Shown: positions 39,566 to 51,906, counted from the stretch's first letter. The stretch: 64,000 nucleotides of DNA from Felis catus (GCF_018350175.1 NC_058368.1:208322001-208386000), one strand, 5' to 3'. Notes: generated by a model from the sequence alone, not told the origin. Program-made: numbers and translations.

Positions 39566-40377
39566 ACGGCCACTTCTTCCCGGCGACAAATAGGTTTTCC
39601 ACACACCAGCCTCGCGAACACTTACTAAGTAGGACTTACAAACAACCCCAGCACCACGGCCCCCATTACAGCAATCTTCTGGGCACTGGTGCTAACTGCT
39701 TACAGAGCAATTCAAAAGACTCTAGCCTGTAGGGCAATTGTAGTAGAATGGGGAAGGAGGCAGAGAGTGGAGGAAAGAAAACAGAACATGCCTAAGGCAG
39801 AAAAATTCACCCAGAGAGACCTTGACAGCAGAGAGAAAAGAAATAGATGGAGAGCCAACAATTGGTTAGTGGAAGGACGGGGTGCCTGCCGAGCTTGACA
39901 AGAAAAATAAACAACTTGGACCGTTGGAATATACATTTCAAATTACATCATTTTCTTCTGCATTGTGTCTCCAGGCTGCGGGGGAAGATACAAATGTGTC
40001 ATATTTATTTATAAAGCTTTACTGGGATTTTTTTAAAAAATGGAATCGAATTTTATGAAGACAAAAAGGGGGGAAACAGCTGTAAGGTGGCTGTTTTCTC
40101 ACATGACGAATGGGATGGGTTGAGTCCAGGATGGAAGTGTTTATGCCAGAACTTTCTTCATACCGCTGCCTTTCTGGAGATATAGATGTGTGTGGAGAGG
40201 GAATGTGCATGAAAGACATTTGTAAATTCCAGGGGACTATACAAACGGTTATTATTATTACATATACAGCATGCGCGCGCACACACACACACACACGATT
40301 AGAAATCCTTCTGGATATCGCTGAAATGCCAACCGCAGCTGTGTCTTTGTGGGAGCTGCCATGATGGAGATACTCAC

Positions 40378-40461
40378 AAGGGCAGGGATGTCCTGGCTGA
40401 GTGGCACACTATGGGACCGCTCCTGCAGGGATTTATCGACGCCGACCTCGGAGTAGAAGAC
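40378..40461 (-). CDS. EGFLAM: EGFLAM coding exon (exon 3), FN3 domain 1
   Basis: ttccag|GTC TTC TAC...CCT GCC CTT|gtgagt, 84 nt, phase 0-0. Translates to VFYSEVGVDKSLQERSHSVPLSQDIPAL, which is visible inside track ORF 40258..40542. Confidence 0.96.
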
Positions 40462-40811
40462 CTGGAAAAGACACAGACATCCAGGGTGAGAGTAGGGCCA
40501 GCACTCCTCTACCAGATCAAGGTTCTGGGGTTCTAACTCCACTTACAACAGCAGTGGGTTCTGAGGGGCACCGCCTCTCCTCACAGACACCTGTTCTGAA
40601 GCAACAAACATCAGCTTGACCTGGCCGGGCTTGCAAACTCAGAAGCCAGAAGGGAGACACGTATTAGTGAAATGGGATAGAGAGGGCTGGACCCAGCTCC
40701 TACTATTTTTCCCCAAACCACGACTTTCTCAGGCAATCTTCCATCTTCCCACTTTGGATACAACATGACTTCAGAAACACATCTCTGCTTTAAGAAGCCG
40801 ATGGGATGAGG

Positions 40812-40814
<3 letters not shown>

Positions 40815-40860
<46 letters not shown>
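40815..40860. repeat. (TG)23 microsatellite in EGFLAM intron 2
   Basis: Directly visible. Confidence 0.95.
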
Positions 40861-40862
<2 letters not shown>

Positions 40863-41561
40863 AAAGGGAGGCAGTAGGGAGATGCAGGTCGTGGCATTAT
40901 TGGGGGAGCTTCTGTTTGACCTCAAGTGGGCAGCCCAGCTCCAGGGGGCTTGGAGCCCCATAGGAATGTGGTCCCCAGTGTGGCCAGCTCTCTGGATGTC
41001 CCCAGAGATTTCAGAACTCTAAATATTTATCTGAAATCTCCTAACTCCTAAAAGTTGACTTGTTTTTAAAAACCCTGTTCAAACAAAACATTTTAGTGAA
41101 CGGAAATCAGTCAAACCTGTAACCTCTGGCAGGTAGGAACGCATTCTCTGTTCCCTCCCCCACTTTGCCTGTCCATCCCTTTGCTTTAAGTTAGATTTTA
41201 CAGTATTTTGTATTTATTGACAACATTCCACAGTGATTCCCTATTACTTCCCATGCTTCTGCTATTTAGCCTCTGAACTTGACTGTGGGCAATTGGATAG
41301 CGAGAACCACATCTTCTACTTAGTTTATATTTTCCCATCCCTGAGCAGAGTAAGGACTCCAAAGATCCTAACTGACTTTCAGGCACTTATAAACACCCTT
41401 AAAAGGGAAACATTTACTCTGGTTTCATGTAAGGAGACTGGGGGAGTTATTAATATGGGAGGGTTGATATAAGGAGACCATATATAGACAGAGCAAGGGT
41501 GGGAACAGCACAGTTACCCCAACCACACCCACTACAGAAATTCCTGTGCCCAGGTACTCAC

Positions 41562-41671
41562 GGTATACCCAATGATGGGGCTCCCAGGATGCCTTGGCAT
41601 TTTCCACTGGATGCTGAAATCTGTGCAGTTCAGTGGGTACAGCATGATATCGAGAGGAGGTCCAACCTTGC
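41562..41671 (-). CDS. EGFLAM: EGFLAM/pikachurin coding exon (equivalent to exon 2), start of FN3 domain 1
   Basis: Minus strand reads gggcag|GC AAG GTT...GGG TAT ACC|gtgagt. It is 110 nt, phase 1-0, and translates to (G)[36 protein letters not shown]. This matches recalled human [37 protein letters not shown]. Confidence 0.96.
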
Positions 41672-41899
41672 CTGCCCCAAAGCAAAAGAGATTATGTTAG
41701 AGGCTCCACACATCCCACCTTGAGTGTACTTACAGATGGAGAGCATACTTCAAGATGATGCCACAGGACAGAAATGCAGACATCTCTCTGGTATGCCACA
41801 CCTCTATCAGCTGACTTCACCAGAATTCTGCTATCCCCTCCCAAACTGGCAATGGTAGGGAAATCAGCCCAGCTATTTCTCTCAGTCTCTTCTGTTAAC

Positions 41900-42076
41900 T
41901 TTTTTGTTTTAATTTTTTTATGTTTTTTTTATTTTTGATAGAGACAGGGGTGGGCAGAGACAGAGGGAGACACAATCTGAAGCAGGCTCCAGGCTCTGAG
42001 CTGTCAGCCCAGAGCCTGACTCGGGGCTCGAGCTTGTGAACTGCAAGATCATGACCTGAGTCAAAGTCGGGTGCCT
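41900..42076 (-). mobile_element. 5'-truncated Can-SINE
   Basis: Lacks the A-box head. TSD cttctgttaactt/cttctgtaactt. Confidence 0.9.
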
Positions 42077-42203
42077 CCCTTCTGTAACTTCTAATGCCCC
42101 AGGGACCAGTAAAGGGAGAGTCAGGGTAGCACAGACCAAACACTTCCAACTTGACTCTAGGAGCTTGGAATGTATTAAAGGAAGATGGTGATTTTATTTA
42201 GTA

Positions 42204-42205
<2 letters not shown>

Positions 42206-42244
<39 letters not shown>
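42206..42244. repeat. (AT)n microsatellite
   Basis: Directly visible. Confidence 0.95.
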
Positions 42245-42249
<5 letters not shown>

Positions 42250-42475
42250 TATGTATGTTATATAGCTATGTCTGTTTATATATATTCTTATTACAGAACA
42301 TTTCAAAAATATGGTTAAGTGTAAAACAGGGTTAGGAAATTTCAAATGTTTTACTGTATCCTTACCTTAGATTTTATGATTACAAATAACGCATTTTATA
42401 TTTATAAATATACTAGATGTGGATTGCCAAAATTGAGAAAATACAAAAAAATTACATTTAGAAATGAGTCCTGTT

Positions 42476-42940
42476 GAGGTGCCTGGGTGGCTCAGCCAGT
42501 TAAGCGTCTGAGTCTTGGTTTCAGCTCAGGTCACGATTGCGCGGTTTGTGAGTGGGAGCCCCCCATTGGGCTCCACGCTGGCGGTGCAGAGCCTGTTTGG
42601 GATTCTGTCCCTCTCCTCTCTCTGCCCCTCCTGCTTGTGTGCTCTGTCTCTCTCTCTCTCTCTCAAAATAAAGAAATAAACTTAGGGGCGCCTGGGTGGC
42701 TCAGTCAGTTGAGCGTCCAACTTCAGCTCAGGTCATGATCACACGCACGGTCTGTGAGTTCGAGCCCCACGTTGGGCTCTGTGCTGACAGCTCAGAGCCT
42801 GGAGCCTGCTTTGGATTCTGTGTTTCCCTCTCTCTCTGCCCCTCCCCAACTCGTGCTCTGTGTCTCTCATTCTCAAAAATTAATGAATGTTAAAAAAATA
42901 TTAAGAAAGAAAAATAAACTTTAAAAAATTCTCTAAAAAT
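42476..42940 (+). mobile_element. Nested SINE pair: older Can-SINE with a SINEC_Fc (42685-42910) inserted in its tail
   Basis: Outer TSD tagaaatgagtcctgt and inner TSD aaataaactt. Confidence 0.92.
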
Positions 42941-42999
42941 AGAAATGAGTCCTGTCAACATTTGAATACAGTACCTCCTTTGGTTATATAACATTTTTT

Positions 43000-43250
43000 T
43001 TGTGTATATATATGTATATATATACACACACACACACACAAATATATGTACATATAAATTTATATATGTATATATAATTTTTATTTTTCTTTGTTGTGTT
43101 CGTTATATATAATAAGTATATATACAGTCATAATTTTAAATCTTATTTTCACTTTGTATATATAGTATGTGTGTATATATGTGTGTATGTGTGTGTGTGT
43201 ATATATATGTATATATATATATATATACATATATATACATATATATAAAC
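43000..43250. repeat. TA/CA-rich low-complexity tract
   Basis: Directly visible. Confidence 0.85.
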
Positions 43251-43258
43251 TGAAAGTA

Positions 43259-43715
43259 TAGTTTTCCCCCTTATGAGTGCAGGATACTTTCCAAGACCCC
43301 CAGTGGATGCCCAAAACCACAGATAGTACCAAAACCTATATATACTAAGTTTTTTCCTATAAATATATACTTGTGACAGTTTACTTTAATAATTAGGCAC
43401 AGTAAGAGGTCAGCAATAACTAATAATAAAATAGCACAATTATAATAGTATACTGTAGTATAAGTTATGTGAGGTCTCACTCTCAAAAGATCTTGTTGTG
43501 CTGTACTCACCCTTCTTGTGATGATGTGAGATGATAAAATACCTACATGATGAGATACAGTGAGGTGAATGATGTGGGGACTGTGACATAGTGTTAGGCT
43601 GCTATTAACCTTTTGATGACATGTCAGAAGAAGGATCATCTGCTTCCAGACTGTGGTTGATGGTGGGTAACTGAAACCAACAACATTGAAATGGCAGATA
43701 GGTGGGGGACTACTG
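43259..43715. mobile_element. MER44-like TcMar-Tigger element
   Basis: TIRs tagttttcccccttat / ataggtgggggactactg followed by ta, and internal ccaagacccccagtggatgcc. Confidence 0.8.
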
Positions 43716-44778
43716 TAATGCATATGCCACAATTTCCACTGTTTCTCATTCCACTATTGTTAGACATTTAATTTATTTCCAGTATTTTGCTATTTTAAAT
43801 AAAGCTCAATGAGGGCAGGAAATGGGTATGTCCAGTTCAGAGCACAGAGACCAAGAAATGGGAGAGCTTGAGTGCATGAATGTTCTTCAATTTGATTTCC
43901 CACTTGCTAATATGTCCTGATGATCCTTCTTTTTAACAACTGTGTATAATTCTCCAGCATAACAGTTAGGATATTTTGTCTGCAATTAAGAGAGATCTAA
44001 TGTGTATATTTATTAGACTGCTGCTGGGGCCTCCCACCAATGTATTTAATAACATAGTGGCTCAAGTGATAGAGGCTCAGTGCCATCACTTGGCAAGAAC
44101 TACAAGTCCAGGAGGCAGCTGCCACCCCTCCCTGCCCATAGACACCTACCACTGCCACCAATGCTATCACTCAGAGATTTGGTCTTCGACTACTCTCTAG
44201 CTCTGCCTTGGTTCAAGATCTAAAGTCCCATCCAACTGGCCAGACTTATGTAATGTGACACCTTCTTGGCTCAACCAAGGGGTCAGAAAGGAAAGATCAG
44301 TTTTTTTTCTGGTTTCTCAACTGTGAAAAGATGAAGGGAGTCTTAGGAATAGTTCTATCAATCCCATCCATAGTACAGAAGGCTGCTTAGAGGAGAATCA
44401 GACCCCAGGAAAAGAGCAGTGGGAGGTGGGAAGGCCTAATACTCTGCTACTCAGAGCATGCATGTATATTAACTGTTACTCTGTCGATTGACATTTAGGT
44501 TGTTTACAAAATTTCACTGTTAAAAATAATGCTGAGAAGAACATTTGTGTATGTACCTTTTTGCTCACATGTCTAAATATTTCTAGATGGATACCTATTA
44601 AAGATTATGGGTACATCTATCCTAAAACAGTGAAATGCACATTCTTTTCAAGTGCATCTCCAGAATTGATTACACATTAGGTCACAAAACAAGTCTCAAC
44701 AAATTCAAAAAGATTATAGTCATACCATGCATCTTTTCCCACCACAACTCTATGGCAGTAGAGATCAACCAAAAGAAG

Positions 44779-44903
44779 AAAAGAAAAGAAAAGAAAAGAA
44801 AAGAAAAGAAAAGAAAAGAAAAGAAAAGAAAAGAAAAGAAAAGAAAAGAAAAGAAAAGAAAAGAAAAGAAAAGAAAAGAAAAGAAAAGAAAAGAAAAGAA
44901 AAG
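44779..44903. repeat. (AAAAG)25 pentanucleotide repeat
   Basis: Directly visible inside the L1. Confidence 0.97.
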
Positions 44904-45255
44904 AAATCAATCACAAGAAAAAATCTGAAAGACCACAAATACATGGAGGTTAAATAATATGCTTCTAAACAATGAATGGGTCAACTGAGAAATCAAAGAG
45001 GAAATAAAAAATACATGGAGACAAATAACAATGAAAACACAATAGTCCAAAATCTTTCAGATGCAGCAAAAGCACTTCTAAGAGGGAAGCTTATAGCAAT
45101 ACAGGCCTACCTCAAAAAGCAAGAAAAATCTCAAATAAACAACGTAACCTTACACCTAAAGGAGCTAGAAAAAGAACAAACAAAACTCAAAACCAGTATA
45201 AGGAAGGAAATAATAAAGATGAGAACAGAAATAAATGAAATAAAAACTAAAAGCT

Positions 45256-45298
<43 letters not shown>

Positions 45299-47381
45299 CC
45301 AGTAAAATGGATCAATGAAACCAGAAGCTGGTTCTTTGTAAAGATCAACAAAACTGATAAAACATTAGCCAGACCTATCAGAGAAAAGAAAGAGAGAGAG
45401 AGACATAGAGAAGACCCAAATAAACAAAATCACAAATTAATTAAAGAGGAGAAACTGACACCACAGAAATGCAAAGGACTATAAGAGAATATTATAAAAA
45501 ATTATATGCCAACAAATTGCCAACCGAGAAGAAATGGATAAATTTCTAGAAACATATAACCTCCCAAAACGAAATCAGGAAGAAATACAAAATTTGAACA
45601 GATGTATTACCAGCACTGACATTGAATCAGTAATCAAAAAATGCCCAAAAACAAAAGTCCAGGACCAGACAGCTGTCACAGGTGATTTTGCCAAATATTT
45701 AAAGAGTTAATAATGTATTTTTCTCAACTATTCCAAAAAAAATAGGAGAGGAAAGAAAGATTCCAAATTCATTCTACGAAGTCAGAATTACCTTGATCTC
45801 AAAACCAGATAAAGACACTACCAAAAAACAAAAAAGAGAGAACTATAGACATAAAAATCCTCCACAAAATATTAGTGAAACAAATCCAATAGTACATTTA
45901 AAAAAATCATTCACTACGATCAAGTGGCATTTATTCCTGAGATGCAAGCGTAGTTCAACAGTCACAAATCAATCAACATAATACATCACATCAAAAAGAG
46001 AAAGGGTAAAAACAATGTGATCATTCAATAGTCACAGAAAAAGCATTTAACAAAGTACAACATCCATTCATGACAAAAACCCTCAATAAAGTGGGTTTAG
46101 AGGAATATACCTCAACATAATAAAGCCCATATATGAAAAACTCATTGCAAACATCATACTCTGGTGAAAAACTGAAAGCTTTCCCCCAAAGATCAGGAAC
46201 AAGACAAGGATGTTCACTATTACTACTTGTATTCAACATAGTACCGGAAGTCCTAACCACAGCAATCAGACAAGAAAAAGAAAAGGTATCCAAATTGGTT
46301 AGAAAGAAGTAAAACTTCCACTATTTACAGATGACCTGATACTATACATAGGAAACCGTAAACACTCCACCAAAAAGCTACTAGAACTGATAACTGAATT
46401 CATAAGGTCACAGGATACAAAATCATTATACAGAATTCTATTACATTTCTATACACTAACAATGAAATAGCAGAAAGAGAAATTAAGAAAACAATCCCAT
46501 TTACAATTGCACCAGAAATAACAAAATATATAGGAATAAACTTAACCAAGGAGGTGAAAGACCTGTACTCTAAAAACTATAAAACATTGATGAAGGAAAT
46601 TGAAGATGACACAAATCGAAAGATATTTCATGCTCATGGATTGGAAGAACATTGTTAAAATGTCTGTACTACCCAAAGCAACTTACAAATTTAATACAAT
46701 CTCTATCAAAATACCAAAGCATGTTTCACAGAACAAGCACAAATAATCCTAAACTTTGTATGGACCCCCAAAGACCCTGAATAGTCAAAGTAATCTTGAA
46801 AAAGAAGAACAAACTGGAGGTATCACAATCCCAGATTTCAAGATATGCTATGAAGCTGTAGTTATCAAGACAGTACGATATTGGCACAAAACTAAATAAA
46901 CAGATCAACAGAACACACTAGAGAGCCCAGAAATAAACCCATGATTATATGGTCAATTAGTCTTCAACAAAGGAGGCAAGAATATGCAATGGGAAAAAGA
47001 CAGTCTCTTCAACAAATGGCATTGGTAAACTGGACAGCCCCATGCAAAAGAATGAAAGTGGACCACTTTCTTACACCACACACAAAAATAAAATCAAAAG
47101 GGATTAAGGACCTAAGTGTGAAAACTGAAACCATAAAAATCCTAAGAAAAGAGCACAGACAGTAATTTCTCTGACATTGGCTATAGCAACATTTTTCTAG
47201 ATATGTGTCCTGGGGCAAGGAAAACAAAAGCAAAAATAAACTGTTGGGACTACATCAAAATAAAAAGCTTCTGCACCGCAAAGGAAACTATCAATATAAC
47301 TAAAAAGCAACCTATGCAATGGGAGAAGATATTGCAAATGACATCTGATAAAGGGTTAGTATCCAAAATACATGCAGAACT

Positions 47382-47757
47382 ATGAGAAAGAATGAAATCT
47401 AGCCTTTTGTAGCAACATGGATGGAACTGGAGAGTGTTATGCTAAGTGAAATAAGTCATACACAGAAGGACAGATTCCATATGTTTTCTCTCCTATGCGG
47501 ATCCTGAGAAACTTAACAGAAGACCATGGGGGAGGGGAAGGAAAAAAAATGGTTAGAGAGGGAGAGAGCCAAAACATAAGAGACTCCTAAAAACTGGGAA
47601 CAAACTGAGGGTTGATAGGGGGTGGGAGGGCAGGGTGGGTGGGTGATGGGTATTGAGGAGGGCACCTGTTGGGATGAGCACTGGGTGTTGTATGGGAACC
47701 AATTTGACAATAAATTTCATAATAAAAAATAAAAATTAAAAAAAATTTTTAAAAAAA
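47382..47757 (+). mobile_element. Younger L1_Fc 3' end nested in the L1
   Basis: Has its own 3' UTR and A tail. TSD caaaatacatgcagaact/caaaatacatgaagaatt. Confidence 0.9.
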
Positions 47758-48073
47758 CAAAATACATGAAGAATTTATATAACACAAATTTAAATATTTA
47801 TATAATCCAAATTAAAAATGGGCAGAAGACATGAACAGACATTTTTCCAAAGAAGACATACATATAGCCAACAGACACATGAAAAAATGCTCAACCTCAC
47901 TCATCATCAGGGAAATGCAAATCAAACTCAATGAAATATCACCTTACACCTGTCAGAAGGGCTAAAATAAAAAACACAAGAAACAACTGGTTAAGAAATT
48001 AACCAATTTAGAAGCAAGGAAGAAGATACACCCTTATGTTTACTGCAGCATTATTTACAGTAGCCAAATTATT

Positions 48074-48248
48074 TATTTTATTTTATTTTTATTTTTTCAA
48101 TACATGAAATTTATTGTCAAATTGGTTTCCGTACAACACCCAGTGCTCATCCCAAAAGCTGCCCTCCTCAATACCCATCACCCACCCTCCCCTCCCTCCC
48201 ACCCCCATCAACCCTCAGTTTATTCTGTTTTTAAGAGTCTCTTACGCT
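48074..48248 (-). mobile_element. Second L1_Fc 3' end nested antisense in the L1
   Basis: Perfect 20-bp direct repeat tttacagtagccaaattatt at 48054-48073 and 48249-48268. Confidence 0.92.
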
Positions 48249-48319
48249 TTTACAGTAGCCAAATTATTGAAGCAACCAAGTTTCCATTGATAGATGAATA
48301 AAGAAGAAGTGACACACAC

Positions 48320-48358
<39 letters not shown>

Positions 48359-48859
48359 AAAATTACTCATCCATAAAAATAATGAAATCTTGCCAACTGC
48401 AATAACATGAAGCTAGAGAGTATAATGCTAAGTGAAATAAGTCCGTCAGAGAAAGACAAATACCATATGATTTCACTCAAATGTGGAATTCAAGAAACAA
48501 AATAAATGAACAAAGAAAAATAAGAGACAACAAATAGAATTTTAACTATAAAGAACAAACTGTTGGTTGCCTGGGAGGAGGTGGGTGGGGGGATGAGTGA
48601 ACAGGTGAAGGGGATGAAGAATCTACTAGTCCTGATGAGCACTGAGTCATGTACGAAAGTGTTGAATCACTATACTGTACAACTGAAACTAATATACACC
48701 ATATGTTAAGTATACTGGAATTAAAATATTTGAAATTATGGGTATATGCATTTTAAGTTTTAATGGACTGACTTACTGCTCTCCACAAAGGATTAAAGAC
48801 ATTTGATTTTTTCATTTGGGCAAATTCTTAAAGCAGAATTCTTGTATCTAGGACAGAAT

Positions 48860-49056
48860 TTTTCAGTATCCACACCATTGACCTTTTGGGCTAGAGGTGT
48901 TTTGTGGGAACTCTCCTGTGCACTGTAGGATGTTGGGTAGCATCACTGGTCTCAGCTCACTAGATGCCCCAAACATAGCTGGAAAAACCAAAAATAATCT
49001 CCAAACATTGCTAAATGTCTCCTGGGAGCAAAATTGCTTCCAGTTGAGAACTACTG
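48860..49056. mobile_element. MER20-like hAT-Charlie
   Basis: cattgaccttttgggctag...cctgtgcactgtaggatgtt...ctccaaacattgctaaatgtc...gttgagaactactg. Confidence 0.8.
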
Positions 49057-49084
49057 ATCTTAGAGAATGGATTATTGATTTAGT

Positions 49085-49163
49085 TATTTATTTATTTATG
49101 ATGTTTATTTATTTTTGAGAGAGAGCACAAGCGGGGGGGGGGGGAGGGAGGGAGGGAGGGAGG

Positions 49164-49204
<41 letters not shown>

Positions 49205-49331
49205 TCCAAAGCAGGCTCCAGGCTCTGAGCTGTCAGCACAGAGCCCGACACGGGGCTCGAACTCACGAACCGTGAGATCATGACCTGAGCTGAAGTCGGA
49301 TGCCTAACCAACTGAGTCACTCAGGTGCCCC
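49085..49331 (-). mobile_element. Can-SINE with expanded G/(GGGA)n/(GA)n tract
   Basis: Reverse copy with TSD-like gaatggat. Confidence 0.93.
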
Positions 49332-50109
49332 AAGAATGGATATTTTAAAGACTTTTTATAAATATTACCCAACTAACATCTGAAAAATTAACCAGTTTAG
49401 AAGCTTATGGAGGTGTATGAGGATGCCCAGTAGAAGTAACACACCTTCACCAGATCTGAGTATTACTTAAAAGTCTTTGCTAATTTGATAAGAAAAGAAT
49501 TGAATATTTTAATATCTTCTTTGGCTATTTTTCTTCATCTATTCATGTGTTTTGTACATTTTTTCAATTGGGTTGTTACTTTTTTTCTTATTGATGTAAA
49601 AGAACTCTTACTAGGTTAAACATCCTAATCATTCACCTGTATTTTCTCTGCATATTTTTATTTTGGGGTCTAGCTGTGTAATTAACCACTACTGGCCAGC
49701 TTTCCTGCTGAGTTAAGAGGTTTATGCTAACAAAATCTCATAGGAGACTGGCAAGTGGGGGGAAACAGAGTAGAAATGACTTATCAGACCCTCACCGAAC
49801 CATAGAATAACCAGTAAGCACACCTTCATCCTAAGTCCTAGGAATAGAACTTTCTCCATTTACTTTGGGGAAAATGACAACTGATCAAAGTGGGCTTCTT
49901 GGGTCAATAAGCAGGACACCAGTTCTCATGTCTTTTGTATATCTGCCATTGTTCACAGAAACAGAAAACACTCTTGAGTATTTGAAGCACAAGCATGGTT
50001 ACAAAATTGGTGAGAAGGCCAGTGGAATGGAATTTAGGACCCTCCGTTCACTGTATTTTATAGATAGATAAATATATAGATGAGAGAGAGAGAGAGTGTG
50101 TGAGAGACT

Positions 50110-50400
50110 GGCTATAGTGGTGACCCAAAACTAAGAAGCCTCTGCCTTCACATTCAGTCCTGTCAATAGACTGCAAGCTGCCTTCACACACCTGCTGATG
50201 TGGGGGTGAGCTTTGGAAGGATGAGTTCTCATGTTTTGATGGCCTCGCTTAGCAGGAGAAACAGCAGGAGGAAAGTGGCCTTCATCCCACTCCTGTCTTC
50301 CATTTGTCCCAAGAATGCATCCCATTGGCGGAACCTAATTTACATCCAGAATACTGCCTGCAAGGGAGTCTGGAAAATGTCGTTTTAATTTTTCCAGCCT
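50110..50400 (-). mobile_element. Old LTR fragment (MLT1/LTR33-like)
   Basis: cccattggcggaacctaat...tgcaagggagtctggaaaatgt. Confidence 0.45.
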
Positions 50401-51906
50401 GTGCGTTACAGTAACGGCACCTAGAAGGAGGATGAATAGATGTTGAAGGAGCAAGCTATAGGTTCTATGACATATTCGTACCATACAAAGGATAAATTCC
50501 GATATGCTATCCCCTTTACTTTCATATTCTGTAGGAAAATATTCTGGCCGAGCCCTGCTGGGACACAGTTAGGTACGACTTCTTTTTTACTGGCATATTC
50601 ACTCATTCATTAAATCTTTCACATACATAGCAAGTATGTATCGAGTTCCTGTATGTATGAAGCACTGGGTTAGTCAGTGAGGCTACATTAAAGATGAGAG
50701 AGATAGAGGACCAGGAACGAGTTAGCAAGACATTACCACTGGGTGTGATAAGCCTAAGGGGAGATGTGGGGCACTTTTGAGGCAATGGCAGGGATGCACC
50801 TGAGGCAAAGTGGGGGTGGGAAAGCGTTCCAAGCACAAAAAGCAGTGCGTACTCTTCCCCCAAAAGCAGGAGGAAGAATCACATAATGGAACCACTGAGG
50901 CTTTGTAGTTGGGTCAATGTGGGGGCGAAGGAAAGGAGTCAGGAAAGCTGCAAGGATTCTGCCTTGGGCAACACAGGGGAGGAGGGTTTAGGCCATTCAG
51001 TGTCTGGGAACACAAAGATGGCCGTTACAGTGATGAGGGAGGTGTGGTCATGGGCAGCTGGTGAGCAAGACATGGCCAGGTCAGACATTTGGACCAGACA
51101 CCAAAAATATTCCAGATGAATCAAATGGTGAAAGGCTGGAAATCAAGTTATAGAAGAGAATTGGATTTTAAAATCAGATTTTTGTTTTTGAGGAGAAACC
51201 TTTCTAACCTTCAAAAAGGTAAAGAGAATAAATCAAAAGAAAATGATGAATTCTGCACCATAAAACTTTCACTATGCTCTTCAAAAATTGCAAAAGAAAA
51301 TCAAAACAACAGACTGAAGGATAAACGATTGCAGCAAAATGACAGGCCAAGGGCTATCTTTATTTTAAAGCTCATACATATTGATTAAAAAAAGACATAT
51401 TCAGACCCTAATAAATAAAATATGAGGAGACAACTCACAAAAGAGAATGTATAGCTGGTAAACGTGCATGGTGAAATATTCAAATTTCCTAGTTATCAAA
51501 TAAATACAATTTTTAAAAATTGAGATGCCCTTCTTACCTATTAAATTAGCCAAATATTTAAGTGATAGTAACTAATATTGACAAGAGTACATGAATGTGC
51601 TACTCTCAAAAAATTACTTGTGACAGTGTAAATGAGCACAGGCATTTTGGAAGACAATTTGGCAATGTGCGGTGATATCCAAAGCCATAAATATGTTCCT
51701 TTCCTTGGGCTCTCGAAGTGTGGTTACAGTCTTTCATGAGGAAAGAATCTTAAAAGAAGAGACCACTCACATGAAAATGTTCTGCCTGTGATCACTTGTG
51801 ATACAGAAAAAATATAAACAATCTAGATATTTAGAATCAGGGTGGTAGGTCATTAGCGGTGTATTTCACAGGTGGACTGTAATATAGACATTAAAAATGA
51901 GATTTG

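Larger units (their letters stand above)
44617..48734 (+). mobile_element. 5'-truncated carnivore L1 (~4.1 kb, disrupted ORF2 plus 3' UTR), antisense to EGFLAM
   Basis: ORF2 fragments in the track (SRIDYTLGHKTSLNKFKKI; AKALLRGKLIAIQAYLKKQEK; WDYIKIKSFCTAKETI) with many stops and frameshifts. TSD attatgggtacat/attatgggtatat. It interrupts an older antisense L1. Confidence 0.95.

Noticed and set aside
44635..47385. ORFs resembling endonuclease/reverse transcriptase, and KEKKR repeats
   Set aside because: They are fragments of a dead L1 ORF2 and translation of the AAAAG array.
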